A stretch of DNA of 11,071 nt. Origin: a bacterium (GTDB lineage Bacteria > Krumholzibacteriota > Krumholzibacteriia > G020349025). Below, one piece after another: positions 1 through 6,894 of the stretch. The first letter of the stretch is position 1. The number at the start of each line of letters is the position of its first letter. The stretch spans positions 1 to 11,071 of the forward strand of contig JANLSU010000034.1 in assembly GCA_031362565.1 (NCBI GenBank). Reading direction: 5' to 3'. The notes under the pieces were generated by a model that worked only from the letters and a program-made list of their open reading frames with translations, was not told the DNA's origin and searched no databases. The position numbers and the translations under genes were made by a program.

Positions 1-37
1 CGGTGCTCCGTCCTCGACGCGCCAACGGGAATCGCAT
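1..37 (-). CDS. Probable N-terminus of a gene running off the left edge (MRFPLARRGRST...)
   Basis: Minus-strand ATG at 37-35 with GGAGG at 46-42. Frame is open to the window edge, and a sigma54 promoter lies upstream at 154-168. The Arg-rich start resembles a signal-peptide n-region, but only 12 codons are visible. Confidence 0.45.
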   Translation of the reverse strand, partial: MRFPLARRGRST

Positions 38-153
38 CCTGCCTCCGAAGGGCCGCATTCGTTGCGGCGCACATCCAGCGCGCCGCGTTCACCAACTCGC
101 TCTGTACCGGATCCAAGGTGTCCGGGGGGCGTACGAGATTCGGGAATGCATCG

Positions 154-168
154 GCAATCGGCGTGCCA
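154..168 (-). promoter_or_regulatory. sigma54 (RpoN) -24/-12 promoter, leftward
   Basis: Minus strand reads cTGGCAC-GCCGA-TTGC, matching TGGCAC-N5-TTGC with exact GG-N10-GC spacing. Predicted TSS is about 142, upstream of the SD and ATG at 46-35. Confidence 0.75.
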
Positions 169-432
169 GGGAAGGACTTGGCGTTGTTGGATGCGCCGCG
201 GACACATTGTGCGGTTTGGCGCGAAGCGGTACGAACACCGATGCTCTGGACACCGCCATTTGCAAGTGCCGCGTGCAACGGCCGCGCCGCGATGAGGTGC
301 AGCGCTCCCTCTCCGAACATACGTGCCACGCTTTCCGCACACTACGCGCGTGTTGCTCCGCGAACGGCGTCACCATTGCGCACCGTTTCGCGGGCGCGAT
401 GGCGATGGCGATGGAAACGCTGGTGCGTGGCG

Positions 433-554
433 GTCTTCGGAGGTGTTCGACCCCCGCCTGCTCAGACAGAACGGGCCGCGCCGCGCGCTTCGCGCGCAAT
501 ATGAGATGCGCGAGCCCGTTAACTCGCGGTCGGAGGTCCCAAACCTCCGAAGAC
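433..554. repeat. REP/REPIN-like inverted-repeat element
   Basis: Perfect 12-bp inverted repeat GTCTTCGGAGGT (433-444) / ACCTCCGAAGAC (543-554). Each arm also belongs to a local hairpin: CGGAGGT-gttcg-ACCCCCG (438-456) and TCGGAGGT-cccaa-ACCTCCGA (530-550). Internal hairpins at 483-497 and 509-528. Confidence 0.55.
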
Positions 555-564
555 GTGCTCCTAC

Positions 565-600
565 TCGGAATCGGAATCGGAATCGGAATCGGACTCGGCG
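565..600. repeat. Hexamer tandem repeat (TCGGAA)x4 plus two degenerate units
   Basis: TCGGAA four times at 565-588, followed by TCGGAC and TCGGCG. Confidence 0.95.
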
Positions 601-635
601 TGACACCTCGCTGACCACACTGTCATCGAGGCTGT

Positions 636-664
636 TTGACAGTCGTGGCGGGCTCTACTATCGT
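636..664 (+). promoter_or_regulatory. sigma70-type promoter for the deacetylase gene
   Basis: Perfect TTGACA (636-641), 17-nt spacer, TATCGT (659-664, TAnnnT). Predicted TSS falls at about 671-672, on the ATG. Confidence 0.6.
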
Positions 665-671
665 GCGGGGC

Positions 672-1949
672 ATGCGTACTTTGATCATCTTGCTTTTCGC
701 GCTCGGGGTTTTGAACACGGGCGTGTTTGCGGCGCCGGTGTTGCGGCCGGTTTTGGTTACGGTGGACGACTTGCCGATTGCTTCGCCGGGGAAACACCGG
801 GAGATGAAGGACCGCGACGAGATTACGGGCGGGTTGTTGGCGGTGCTCGAGAAGCATCACATTCGGGCGGTGGGGTTGGTCGTTTGGAACAATGTTTTGC
901 GGGCGCGGGACGAGGAGTTACTTGCGAGATGGTTACGGGCGGGGCATGAACTGGGGAACCACTCGTTTGGGCATCTTGACTACACGGCGACGGATTCCAC
1001 GGTTTATGTTGCGGATGTCGAGCATGGGCGGGCTGAATTGGCGGCGTTTTTGGGGCGCGATCAGCGGCAAGAGGCGGTGCGGTTTTTCCGGTTTCCCTAT
1101 TTGCGCGAGGGGGATACGCCCGAGAAGCTTGGGGCGATGCGGCGCTACTTGGATGCGAGCGGCCAGCGCAATTTGACGGTCACGATCGACGACGAGGATT
1201 GGTCGTACGAGGAAGGCTGGGTTGCGGCGCGCAAAAGCGGCGATCAAGCGGCGATGGACAGCATCGCCACCGACTATCACACCGCATTGCGAATGGAAAC
1301 CGCCGACCACGAATCGCGTGGTGACGATCTGTTCGGCCGGCCGGTGCCGCAAATCTTGCTCTTGCACGCGAACTCCGTCGGGGTCGCGCAGTGGGACCGG
1401 CTGTTCACGTGGCTCGAGCACACTGGGCATCGATTCGCGACCGCCGACGAGGTGCTGGCCGATTCGGCTTTTGCCGCGCCGCACGCCTATGTCGGGCGCT
1501 ACGGGTGCAGCCTGTGGCACCGGCTCTTGGACGGGCGGCGGCGTGCGAAGGCGCGGGCCGCGGTGCAGCAGCTTCTCGACGACTCGGCCGCGAATTGGAA
1601 CAAGGGCGACCTCGACGCCTTCTGCGCCGACTATGCCGAGGACGCGCTCTTCGTCTCACCGAGCGGCACGACGCGCGGCCGCCAAGCGGTGCTCGATCGC
1701 TACAAGAAGAAGTACGTCGACAAGACCGGCATGGGCACGCTGGGGTTCGAATTGATCGAGATCCGGCTGACGGCGGGCATGGAAGCCTCCGTGCTGGGCA
1801 GCGCCCGGCCGGCGCTCGTGCAGGGAGCCTCCGTGGCGGCGCGTTGGACGCTCACTTATCCAGATCACAACGCGACCGGCCTGACGTTGCTCGTGCTCCG
1901 GCCACGCGGCGGCGGCCGCTGGGAAATCCTGCAAGATTCGTCCATGTAA
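672..1949 (+). CDS. Exported polysaccharide deacetylase (CE4/NodB domain) fused to a C-terminal NTF2/SnoaL-like (DUF4440-type) domain
   Basis: Signal peptide MRTLIILLFALGVLNTGVFA. All five CE4 motifs are present: VTVDDLP, HELGNHSFGH, FFRFPY, DDEDW, ILLLH. The C-terminal ~130 aa (WNKGDLDAF..DYAEDA.F...RGRQAV..RY...WEILQD) is NTF2-like. ATG 672 preferred over TTG 636, which is the -35 box. Confidence 0.88.
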   Translation: MRTLIILLFALGVLNTGVFAAPVLRPVLVTVDDLPIASPGKHREMKDRDEITGGLLAVLEKHHIRAVGLVVWNNVLRARDEELLARWLRAGHELGNHSFGHLDYTATDSTVYVADVEHGRAELAAFLGRDQRQEAVRFFRFPYLREGDTPEKLGAMRRYLDASGQRNLTVTIDDEDWSYEEGWVAARKSGDQAAMDSIATDYHTALRMETADHESRGDDLFGRPVPQILLLHANSVGVAQWDRLFTWLEHTGHRFATADEVLADSAFAAPHAYVGRYGCSLWHRLLDGRRRAKARAAVQQLLDDSAANWNKGDLDAFCADYAEDALFVSPSGTTRGRQAVLDRYKKKYVDKTGMGTLGFELIEIRLTAGMEASVLGSARPALVQGASVAARWTLTYPDHNATGLTLLVLRPRGGGRWEILQDSSM

Positions 1950-1979
1950 CACCGCCTCGACCCATTGGAGCGGCTGGTT

Positions 1980-3026
1980 TTGAAATACGCGGTGACCGGC
2001 GCCACCGGTTTCATTGGTGGGCGCGTCGTGCAGCAGTTGCTCGCAGCCGGCCATACGGTACACGCTCTCGTGCGTGATCCGGACCGGGCCCGCGACCTCG
2101 AGCAGCGGGGCGTACGCCTCTTCAAGGGCGATGTCACGGATGCCCCGTCGCTCGCCGCACCCCTGCAGGGTGTCGACGGAATTTTCCATTTGGCCGCGTG
2201 GTACGAGATCGGTACGAAGAACCGGGCGCGCGCCGAGGACATCAACATTCAGGGCACGCGCAACGTGCTTACCACCATGCGCGATCTCGGCATTCCAAAA
2301 GGTGTGTACACGAGCAGCGTCGCGGTATTTTCGGATACGCACGGCGAGTTGATGGACGAGTCGTACCGGCGCGGTGGGCCCTGGCTCACGCTCTACGATC
2401 GGACCAAGTGGCGGGCCCACTACGAGATCGCCGAGCCGATGATCCGCGACGGCCTGCCGCTCGTCATCGCGCAACCGGGGCTCGTATACGGCCCCGGCGA
2501 CCAGAGCATCGTGCATCGCACGTTGCTGCAGTACTTGCGCGGCAAGCTGCATGTGGCGCCGCAGGCGACGGCGTATTGTTTCGGTTACGTCGACGATATC
2601 GCCACGGGCCACCTCCTGGCCATGCAGAAGGGCCGCGTCGGTGAGAGCTATATCTTCGCGGGTCCGCTGCACACGTTCATCGAACTGTTCGCGCTCTGCG
2701 AACGGCTGACCGGAGTCAAGCAACCACGCTTCAACCCATCACCTACTCTGATGAAGGTGCTGGCGCAAACCATGCGCGTCGCCGGAACCTTTGCATCGCT
2801 GCCCGAGAACTACCGGTACGAGAGCTTGCGCGTCATGGCGGGAGTGACCTACGGCGGCAACGACGCCAAGGCACGCCGCGAACTCGGCTGGACGTGCCGC
2901 GACATCGAAAGCGGCATGCGCCCGACGCTCACCGCCTACCTGCGCGAACTCGGCATGCCGTTGCCGCCGCAACTTCAGCCGGCGGCCGGGATCGACGTCG
3001 AACTAAATCGGCGCGGTGTCCGGTAG
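1980..3026 (+). CDS. NAD-dependent epimerase/dehydratase family protein (extended SDR, dihydroflavonol-reductase/HpnA-like)
   Basis: VTGATGFIGG Rossmann motif, FHLAA, YTSS, catalytic YDRTK (YxxxK), PGLVYGPGD. TTG start at 1980 with GGAG at 1967-1970. Confidence 0.9.
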   Translation: MKYAVTGATGFIGGRVVQQLLAAGHTVHALVRDPDRARDLEQRGVRLFKGDVTDAPSLAAPLQGVDGIFHLAAWYEIGTKNRARAEDINIQGTRNVLTTMRDLGIPKGVYTSSVAVFSDTHGELMDESYRRGGPWLTLYDRTKWRAHYEIAEPMIRDGLPLVIAQPGLVYGPGDQSIVHRTLLQYLRGKLHVAPQATAYCFGYVDDIATGHLLAMQKGRVGESYIFAGPLHTFIELFALCERLTGVKQPRFNPSPTLMKVLAQTMRVAGTFASLPENYRYESLRVMAGVTYGGNDAKARRELGWTCRDIESGMRPTLTAYLRELGMPLPPQLQPAAGIDVELNRRGVR

Positions 3027-3184
3027 CGTTCACTGGGGTTCCGCGATCGTGTACCGCATGGGGCAGCCGCGGCACGCCGAGACATCTTGGTGACCCACCC
3101 GTCCCACCCCGCGACGCAGGTTTTCATTCGTGTGTACAAGGGGTTGCGGCGCGCACCCCAGGCGGGAACGGGCTTGGCGCCGGA

Positions 3185-3200
3185 TGGCACCGCGGTTGCT
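3185..3200 (+). promoter_or_regulatory. sigma54 (RpoN) -24/-12 promoter with no downstream sense CDS
   Basis: TGGCAC-CGCGG-TTGCT, with GG at 3186-3187 and GC at 3198-3199 (10-nt spacing). Predicted TSS about 3211. Confidence 0.75.
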
Positions 3201-3210
3201 CTGCCCCTCT

Positions 3211-3283
3211 AGGCCGGGTTCTGCGGACGGGTGCGGCAAATCGTCCAGCGCTGCAGTGGTTGGCAGCAGCAGAACCCGGCTTT
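3211..3283 (+). ncRNA. Candidate sigma54-dependent structured small RNA (three-way junction)
   Basis: P1: GCCGGGTTCTGC (3213-3224) pairs perfectly with GCAGAACCCGGC (3269-3280), extendable by G-U and A-U. P2: GGACG (3225-3229) / CGTCC (3242-3246). P3: GCTGC (3250-3254) / GCAGC (3263-3267). Begins at the predicted sigma54 TSS and ends in TTT. Confidence 0.5.
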
Positions 3284-3297
3284 CCCCACCCATGGCT

Positions 3298-4122
3298 TTA
3301 CTTCTCGAGCGCCACGGTCACCATCGGAATCAGCCGGTGTCCGAGTGACCGGCGGATTCCGAGCGGCAGGCACGCGATGCCGGCCTCGACGGCGCACAGA
3401 AGCCCAAGCGGCAACGCGAGGCGCTGCCCGCGCCCGTTCCAATAGGCGTGCACCTGTTCGAAGCCCACCGCGCGCGCTTCCGCCGCCACCTCTCTATAGG
3501 ACCATTCCCGCAGATGAAAACCCTGCGGCTCGTCCGAGAACCACCGTGAAATATCGTGCGGCCCGGTCCAGCGCTCCGGCGTCCGCAGGACGTAACGCCC
3601 GCCCCGCCGCAGCATGCGATGCACGAGTTCGAGGTGATGGCGCGCATCGTCCGGATGCAAGTGCTCCAAGAATTGTTCACTGAAGACCAGGTCGACGCTG
3701 CCTGCATCCAAGTCGAGCGTCCAGCCGTCGTACAGCACCAGGGCGAAGTTCGCGGGCGGCGTGACATCGGCCGGAATCTGGGCGGCGATTTCGACGGCCC
3801 GCGCGCGCCGCACGTGCCGTGCAACCTCAGACGCAAGAACACAAGTACCGGCGCCGAACTCGACGTATTCCGTGTCGCGCCCGAGATAGGGACGCAGAAG
3901 ATGCATGAGGCGCTGCACCTGGCGCCGCTCGGCATCCGGATCGCGATGCGCCGTGAGACGCGGATGGTCGGGGACGCGCGCGAAGAGTTCGTCATACATG
4001 GTCGCGTAGATGCGGGCCCGGCCGGCCGGCGTGGGGGCGGCTTTGAGCTGCGTGGCCAGCGCCCGTTCGACTTCATAGTGATTGCGAAGCTGGGCGCGGC
4101 TGCGCTCAGGGGCCGGTGTCAT
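3298..4122 (-). CDS. Class I SAM-dependent methyltransferase (Methyltransf_11-like)
   Basis: Motif I YVEFGAGTC, plus DLVFSEQFLEHLHP and LRRGGRYVLRTP. ATG at 4122 with GGAGAGGT at 4138-4131. The longer ORF start at 4446 overlaps the upstream gene. Confidence 0.88.
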   Translation of the reverse strand: MTPAPERSRAQLRNHYEVERALATQLKAAPTPAGRARIYATMYDELFARVPDHPRLTAHRDPDAERRQVQRLMHLLRPYLGRDTEYVEFGAGTCVLASEVARHVRRARAVEIAAQIPADVTPPANFALVLYDGWTLDLDAGSVDLVFSEQFLEHLHPDDARHHLELVHRMLRRGGRYVLRTPERWTGPHDISRWFSDEPQGFHLREWSYREVAAEARAVGFEQVHAYWNGRGQRLALPLGLLCAVEAGIACLPLGIRRSLGHRLIPMVTVALEK

Positions 4123-5242
4123 AGGCGCGCACCTCTCCGGCGCTCCCCGTCTCCGGGGCGGTCTCGAAACCTTCCAAGAGCCATGTCCCAACAAACCGCA
4201 AGCCGCGGCCTGTCCCGATGGCAACACCACATTCCACACCATCCGGCCCGAGCACGACCAACTCGACCTGCGCCTCGCGCCGGCGATGATACGCGACGGC
4301 GCCGGCGTCATTGACCACTGCTTCCAGAATGACGGACGGCTCGTCATGCGACCACACGGCGCGGGGCTGCAACATCGGGTCACGGTCGGCGTCGAGGCGC
4401 AAGCGACCCGGCTGCACCGCCAAAACGAACCCGCCGGAAGGTGCAACAGACCTCCGGTCCCAACCCGCCGGAAGGGCCGTGGTGCGCAGCGTCCCGTGTT
4501 CGAGATCGAGTGCGATGCGCAGCTTTTCTCCGCGCCGGGACGTCACGGGCCAGTCGACCCAGGGCCCGCCCTCGAGAACGCGCGCCGCACCGAACAATGC
4601 CTTTGGAACGATGTGTTCCTGCACCACGTGCCCGGTGTAATCCAGAACCACGATGCGGTTCAGAGCGGACTCGTCGCCACGAATCGCCACGGCGCGTTCG
4701 CGGCCATCTGCAAAGGCCAGGTTCTGCAAGAGAAACGGCAGGGTTGCGACAGGCGTGCTGCCGGGCAGCGCCAGAATCGATGTCGCCGCGGCAGTGACGA
4801 AGACGATTCGCCCACTCGGCGGCCGCATGATGTGAGCCCGCAGAGCCCGGGTGCCGACGTCGGCGTGCACCATCTGCACGATTCTTTCGGAAGCGCCACG
4901 AGCGGCGCGCGCCGCATCCGCGTATGCGAGCACCGCGACTGGCGTGTCGAAGCCGCCGGCCATGTGTACGCCGGTGAAGGGGCCATAGGCGCGCACCCAA
5001 GCACCTGCTGAATCGACGTCCGCCACCCACCGGCGCGAACCGCCGAGCGGCAAGGCCAGGCGTGGGAATGCGGGCGTGGAAGCGGCTGGATGGGTGCGAA
5101 TAGTCAGCGCGAGAGCGCGATCCGTTCGCCGTTCGACTTGCAGAAGCCAGGCGGGTTGAAGGGTTGCGGTGTGGGCGGCGGCGGCGTTGAAAGTGACGAG
5201 GGCGCACGCGGCGGCGAGAACGCGGCGGTGGATTGCGATCAC
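4106..5242 (-). CDS. Hypothetical exported protein
   Basis: Fills the gap between two confident same-strand genes. The GTG start overlaps the HD gene's TGA (GTGA, 5242-5239). N-terminus MIAIHRRVLAAACALVTFNAAAA looks like a Sec signal peptide. No family recognised. Confidence 0.65.
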   Translation of the reverse strand: MIAIHRRVLAAACALVTFNAAAAHTATLQPAWLLQVERRTDRALALTIRTHPAASTPAFPRLALPLGGSRRWVADVDSAGAWVRAYGPFTGVHMAGGFDTPVAVLAYADAARAARGASERIVQMVHADVGTRALRAHIMRPPSGRIVFVTAAATSILALPGSTPVATLPFLLQNLAFADGRERAVAIRGDESALNRIVVLDYTGHVVQEHIVPKALFGAARVLEGGPWVDWPVTSRRGEKLRIALDLEHGTLRTTALPAGWDRRSVAPSGGFVLAVQPGRLRLDADRDPMLQPRAVWSHDEPSVILEAVVNDAGAVAYHRRREAQVELVVLGPDGVECGVAIGTGRGLRFVGTWLLEGFETAPETGSAGEVRAYDTGP

Positions 5243-5874
5243 GTCGGGTCGCCGGATGCCGGCGGCGAAGCCGCCGGCGACTTCGCCCACACCCACCAGT
5301 CGTCGCGGTCGCCCCACCACCAGTCACTCGAATGCGCCTCGAGAATCGCCGCGGCAAGCTGCTGCGAAACGAGCTCTTTCAATCTCTTGAGCGCGAACGG
5401 AATCCAGTCCTTGGCCTGTGGATTGCCGCGGTCCTGCTCTTCCTTCAGGACCAGCAACAATTCCAACTGGTCGCAATCGTGCGCCAGGCGCGACTCGAGA
5501 GTCTCGCGACCGGCGAATTCCGCCAACAGCGATTCGATCTCCGGCCCGAACGGCAGCGGCGCCGCCAGCTCGCGAATCGCCTTCTCTTCATCCACCGTCA
5601 CGTACTTCTTGTTTTCGTAATTGAGGTCCCCGGTCCGCGCCTCCGGCAGGTCGTGCAGCAGACACATGAGAACGAGCTTGTGACGATCGACGCCATCCAC
5701 CATGCGTCCAAGCGTGAAGGCGAGATAGGTCGCCCGCAACATGTGCTCGGCAACCGAGGCCTGCGTGTTGCCCAAGAACGGCATGCCGCTGCGCGGGGTT
5801 CGCCGCAACATCCCGACTTCGAATAGAAAGTTGGTGACGGCCGCCAGGGCGCGTGGATCGTCGTTCGCCGTCAA
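5239..5874 (-). CDS. HD domain hydrolase (HD_3 / YfbR-HDDC2-like 5'-deoxynucleotidase family)
   Basis: LRRTPRSG, SVAEH, CLLHDLPEARTGD and AHDCDQLE motifs are typical of this HD subfamily. The TTG start overlaps the upstream TGA (TTGA, 5874-5871). Confidence 0.88.
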   Translation of the reverse strand: MTANDDPRALAAVTNFLFEVGMLRRTPRSGMPFLGNTQASVAEHMLRATYLAFTLGRMVDGVDRHKLVLMCLLHDLPEARTGDLNYENKKYVTVDEEKAIRELAAPLPFGPEIESLLAEFAGRETLESRLAHDCDQLELLLVLKEEQDRGNPQAKDWIPFALKRLKELVSQQLAAAILEAHSSDWWWGDRDDWWVWAKSPAASPPASGDPT

Positions 5875-6842
5875 TGCGCCGGTCCGCTCGCCGGTGCGGA
5901 ATCGGCCACGCACCTGAATCCGATGTTGCCCCAGCGGGCGCCGGGCCCGGCATGTTCGCGGTTCGCACAGCGCAGGAAACGCGCGAAACTATTGAAGGAC
6001 CCACCACGATAGGTCCGTTGGCGATCGTCCTTCAGTTCTTCAGGCGTGAAGAACTGCAGGCGATAGTCCTCGCCGTCCTTGGGCGTAACGGCGGCCGCGG
6101 TGGTCGCATCGAAGGCGGGCGACGTCGACGCATCGCGTGACATGGCGGCGGCCTTCGCCCCGGCGCTGCCGCCGAACTCGCTCGGCAGAAGTGCATCCGG
6201 GCGTGGATACGGTGCGTACGCGCTCGCGGTCCACTCGCCAACATTGCCCGACATGTCGAGTACCCCGTACGGCGTCGCGCCGAGCGAATTCGATCCCACG
6301 GGCAGCAGGTACCGGTCGTTGTTCGCATGATCGATCTCGAAGTCCTCGCCCCATGGAAAACGCCGCCCGTCGGTACCACGTGCCGCCTTTTCCCACTCGG
6401 CCTCGGTCGGCAGACGCTTCTTCGCCCAGCGCGCATACGCCATCGCGTCCCACCAACAGACATCGGTCACCGGCATGAAATCGGCGCCCTCGGGATACTG
6501 GTGCTCCCGGCCCCACGCGGCAGGCGCGGGCCAACCGGTCGCCTCGAGGAACTGCGTGTACTTCAAGTTGCTGACTTCGATCTGTTCGATGTAGAAAGTC
6601 GGCAGGAATACGGTGCGCTGCGGAAACTCGTCTTCATCAGCCCAGTGATCGGCCTTCGTGCTGCCGAATTTGAATTCACCGGCGGGCACCGGTACCATTC
6701 CATCCTGCTCATCGGCGAGCGCCCCAAGGTCGGCTTTGGGTGGGTCCGTTGCCGGCGGCGCGAACGCGGTGCCGGCCAGTACGCCGATTGCGAGCACGGC
6801 GATCCCCACACTTCCGCCACGAACCACTGTGCGGTAATGCAT
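5871..6842 (-). CDS. Formylglycine-generating-enzyme (FGE-sulfatase / SUMF1-fold) family protein, exported or membrane-anchored
   Basis: MVPVPAGEFKFGS, EVSN..Y..F, PVTDVCWWDA.AY, RLPTEAEWEKAARG, FPWG, PYGVLDMSGNVGEW, RGGSF, IGFRC. Hydrophobic N-terminus. ATG 6842 with GGAGG at 6853-6849. Confidence 0.92.
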   Translation of the reverse strand: MHYRTVVRGGSVGIAVLAIGVLAGTAFAPPATDPPKADLGALADEQDGMVPVPAGEFKFGSTKADHWADEDEFPQRTVFLPTFYIEQIEVSNLKYTQFLEATGWPAPAAWGREHQYPEGADFMPVTDVCWWDAMAYARWAKKRLPTEAEWEKAARGTDGRRFPWGEDFEIDHANNDRYLLPVGSNSLGATPYGVLDMSGNVGEWTASAYAPYPRPDALLPSEFGGSAGAKAAAMSRDASTSPAFDATTAAAVTPKDGEDYRLQFFTPEELKDDRQRTYRGGSFNSFARFLRCANREHAGPGARWGNIGFRCVADSAPASGPAH

Positions 6843-6894
6843 CGAGTTCCTCCGCATCGTTCGAGCCGGGGGGATGGGTGCGCCCAATGGGCCC

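Noticed and set aside
565..600. Possible CRISPR array or phase-variable coding repeat
   Set aside because: Contiguous 6-bp units without spacers, not inside a supported CDS, and no cas genes in the window.
3..614. ORFs 3-614 (+), 118-504 (+), 89-499 (-) and 323-949 (+)
   Set aside because: No recognisable motifs, Arg/Cys-rich composition, and they run through promoters, palindromes and microsatellites (AMAMAM, GIGIGIG). The region is better explained as a divergent intergenic region.
1980..3026. Assigning the symbol hpnA to the SDR gene
   Set aside because: Family-level resemblance only, with no hopanoid genes in the window.
3211..3283. Known RNA classes for the structured element: tRNA, c-di-GMP-I riboswitch (GGCAAA resemblance, HD-GYP gene nearby), or a simple intrinsic terminator
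   Set aside because: No T-loop, anticodon arm or CCA. It lacks the GNRA tetraloop/receptor and second GCAAA element of c-di-GMP-I, and no gene lies downstream. The fold is branched with only three T's on the plus strand and no T-tract on the minus strand, although a terminator role cannot be fully excluded.
3130..3683. Plus-strand ORFs downstream of or across the orphan sigma54 promoter (3130-3348, 3231-3683, ATG at 3292)
   Set aside because: No clear SD, low-complexity translations, and they overlap the methyltransferase antisense or begin upstream of the promoter.
4123..4446. Extended N-termini from the ORF track (4446, 5320, 5913, 6923 and 8465 starts)
   Set aside because: They overlap upstream same-strand genes or promoters. 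Shorter starts with an SD or stop-start overlap fit better.
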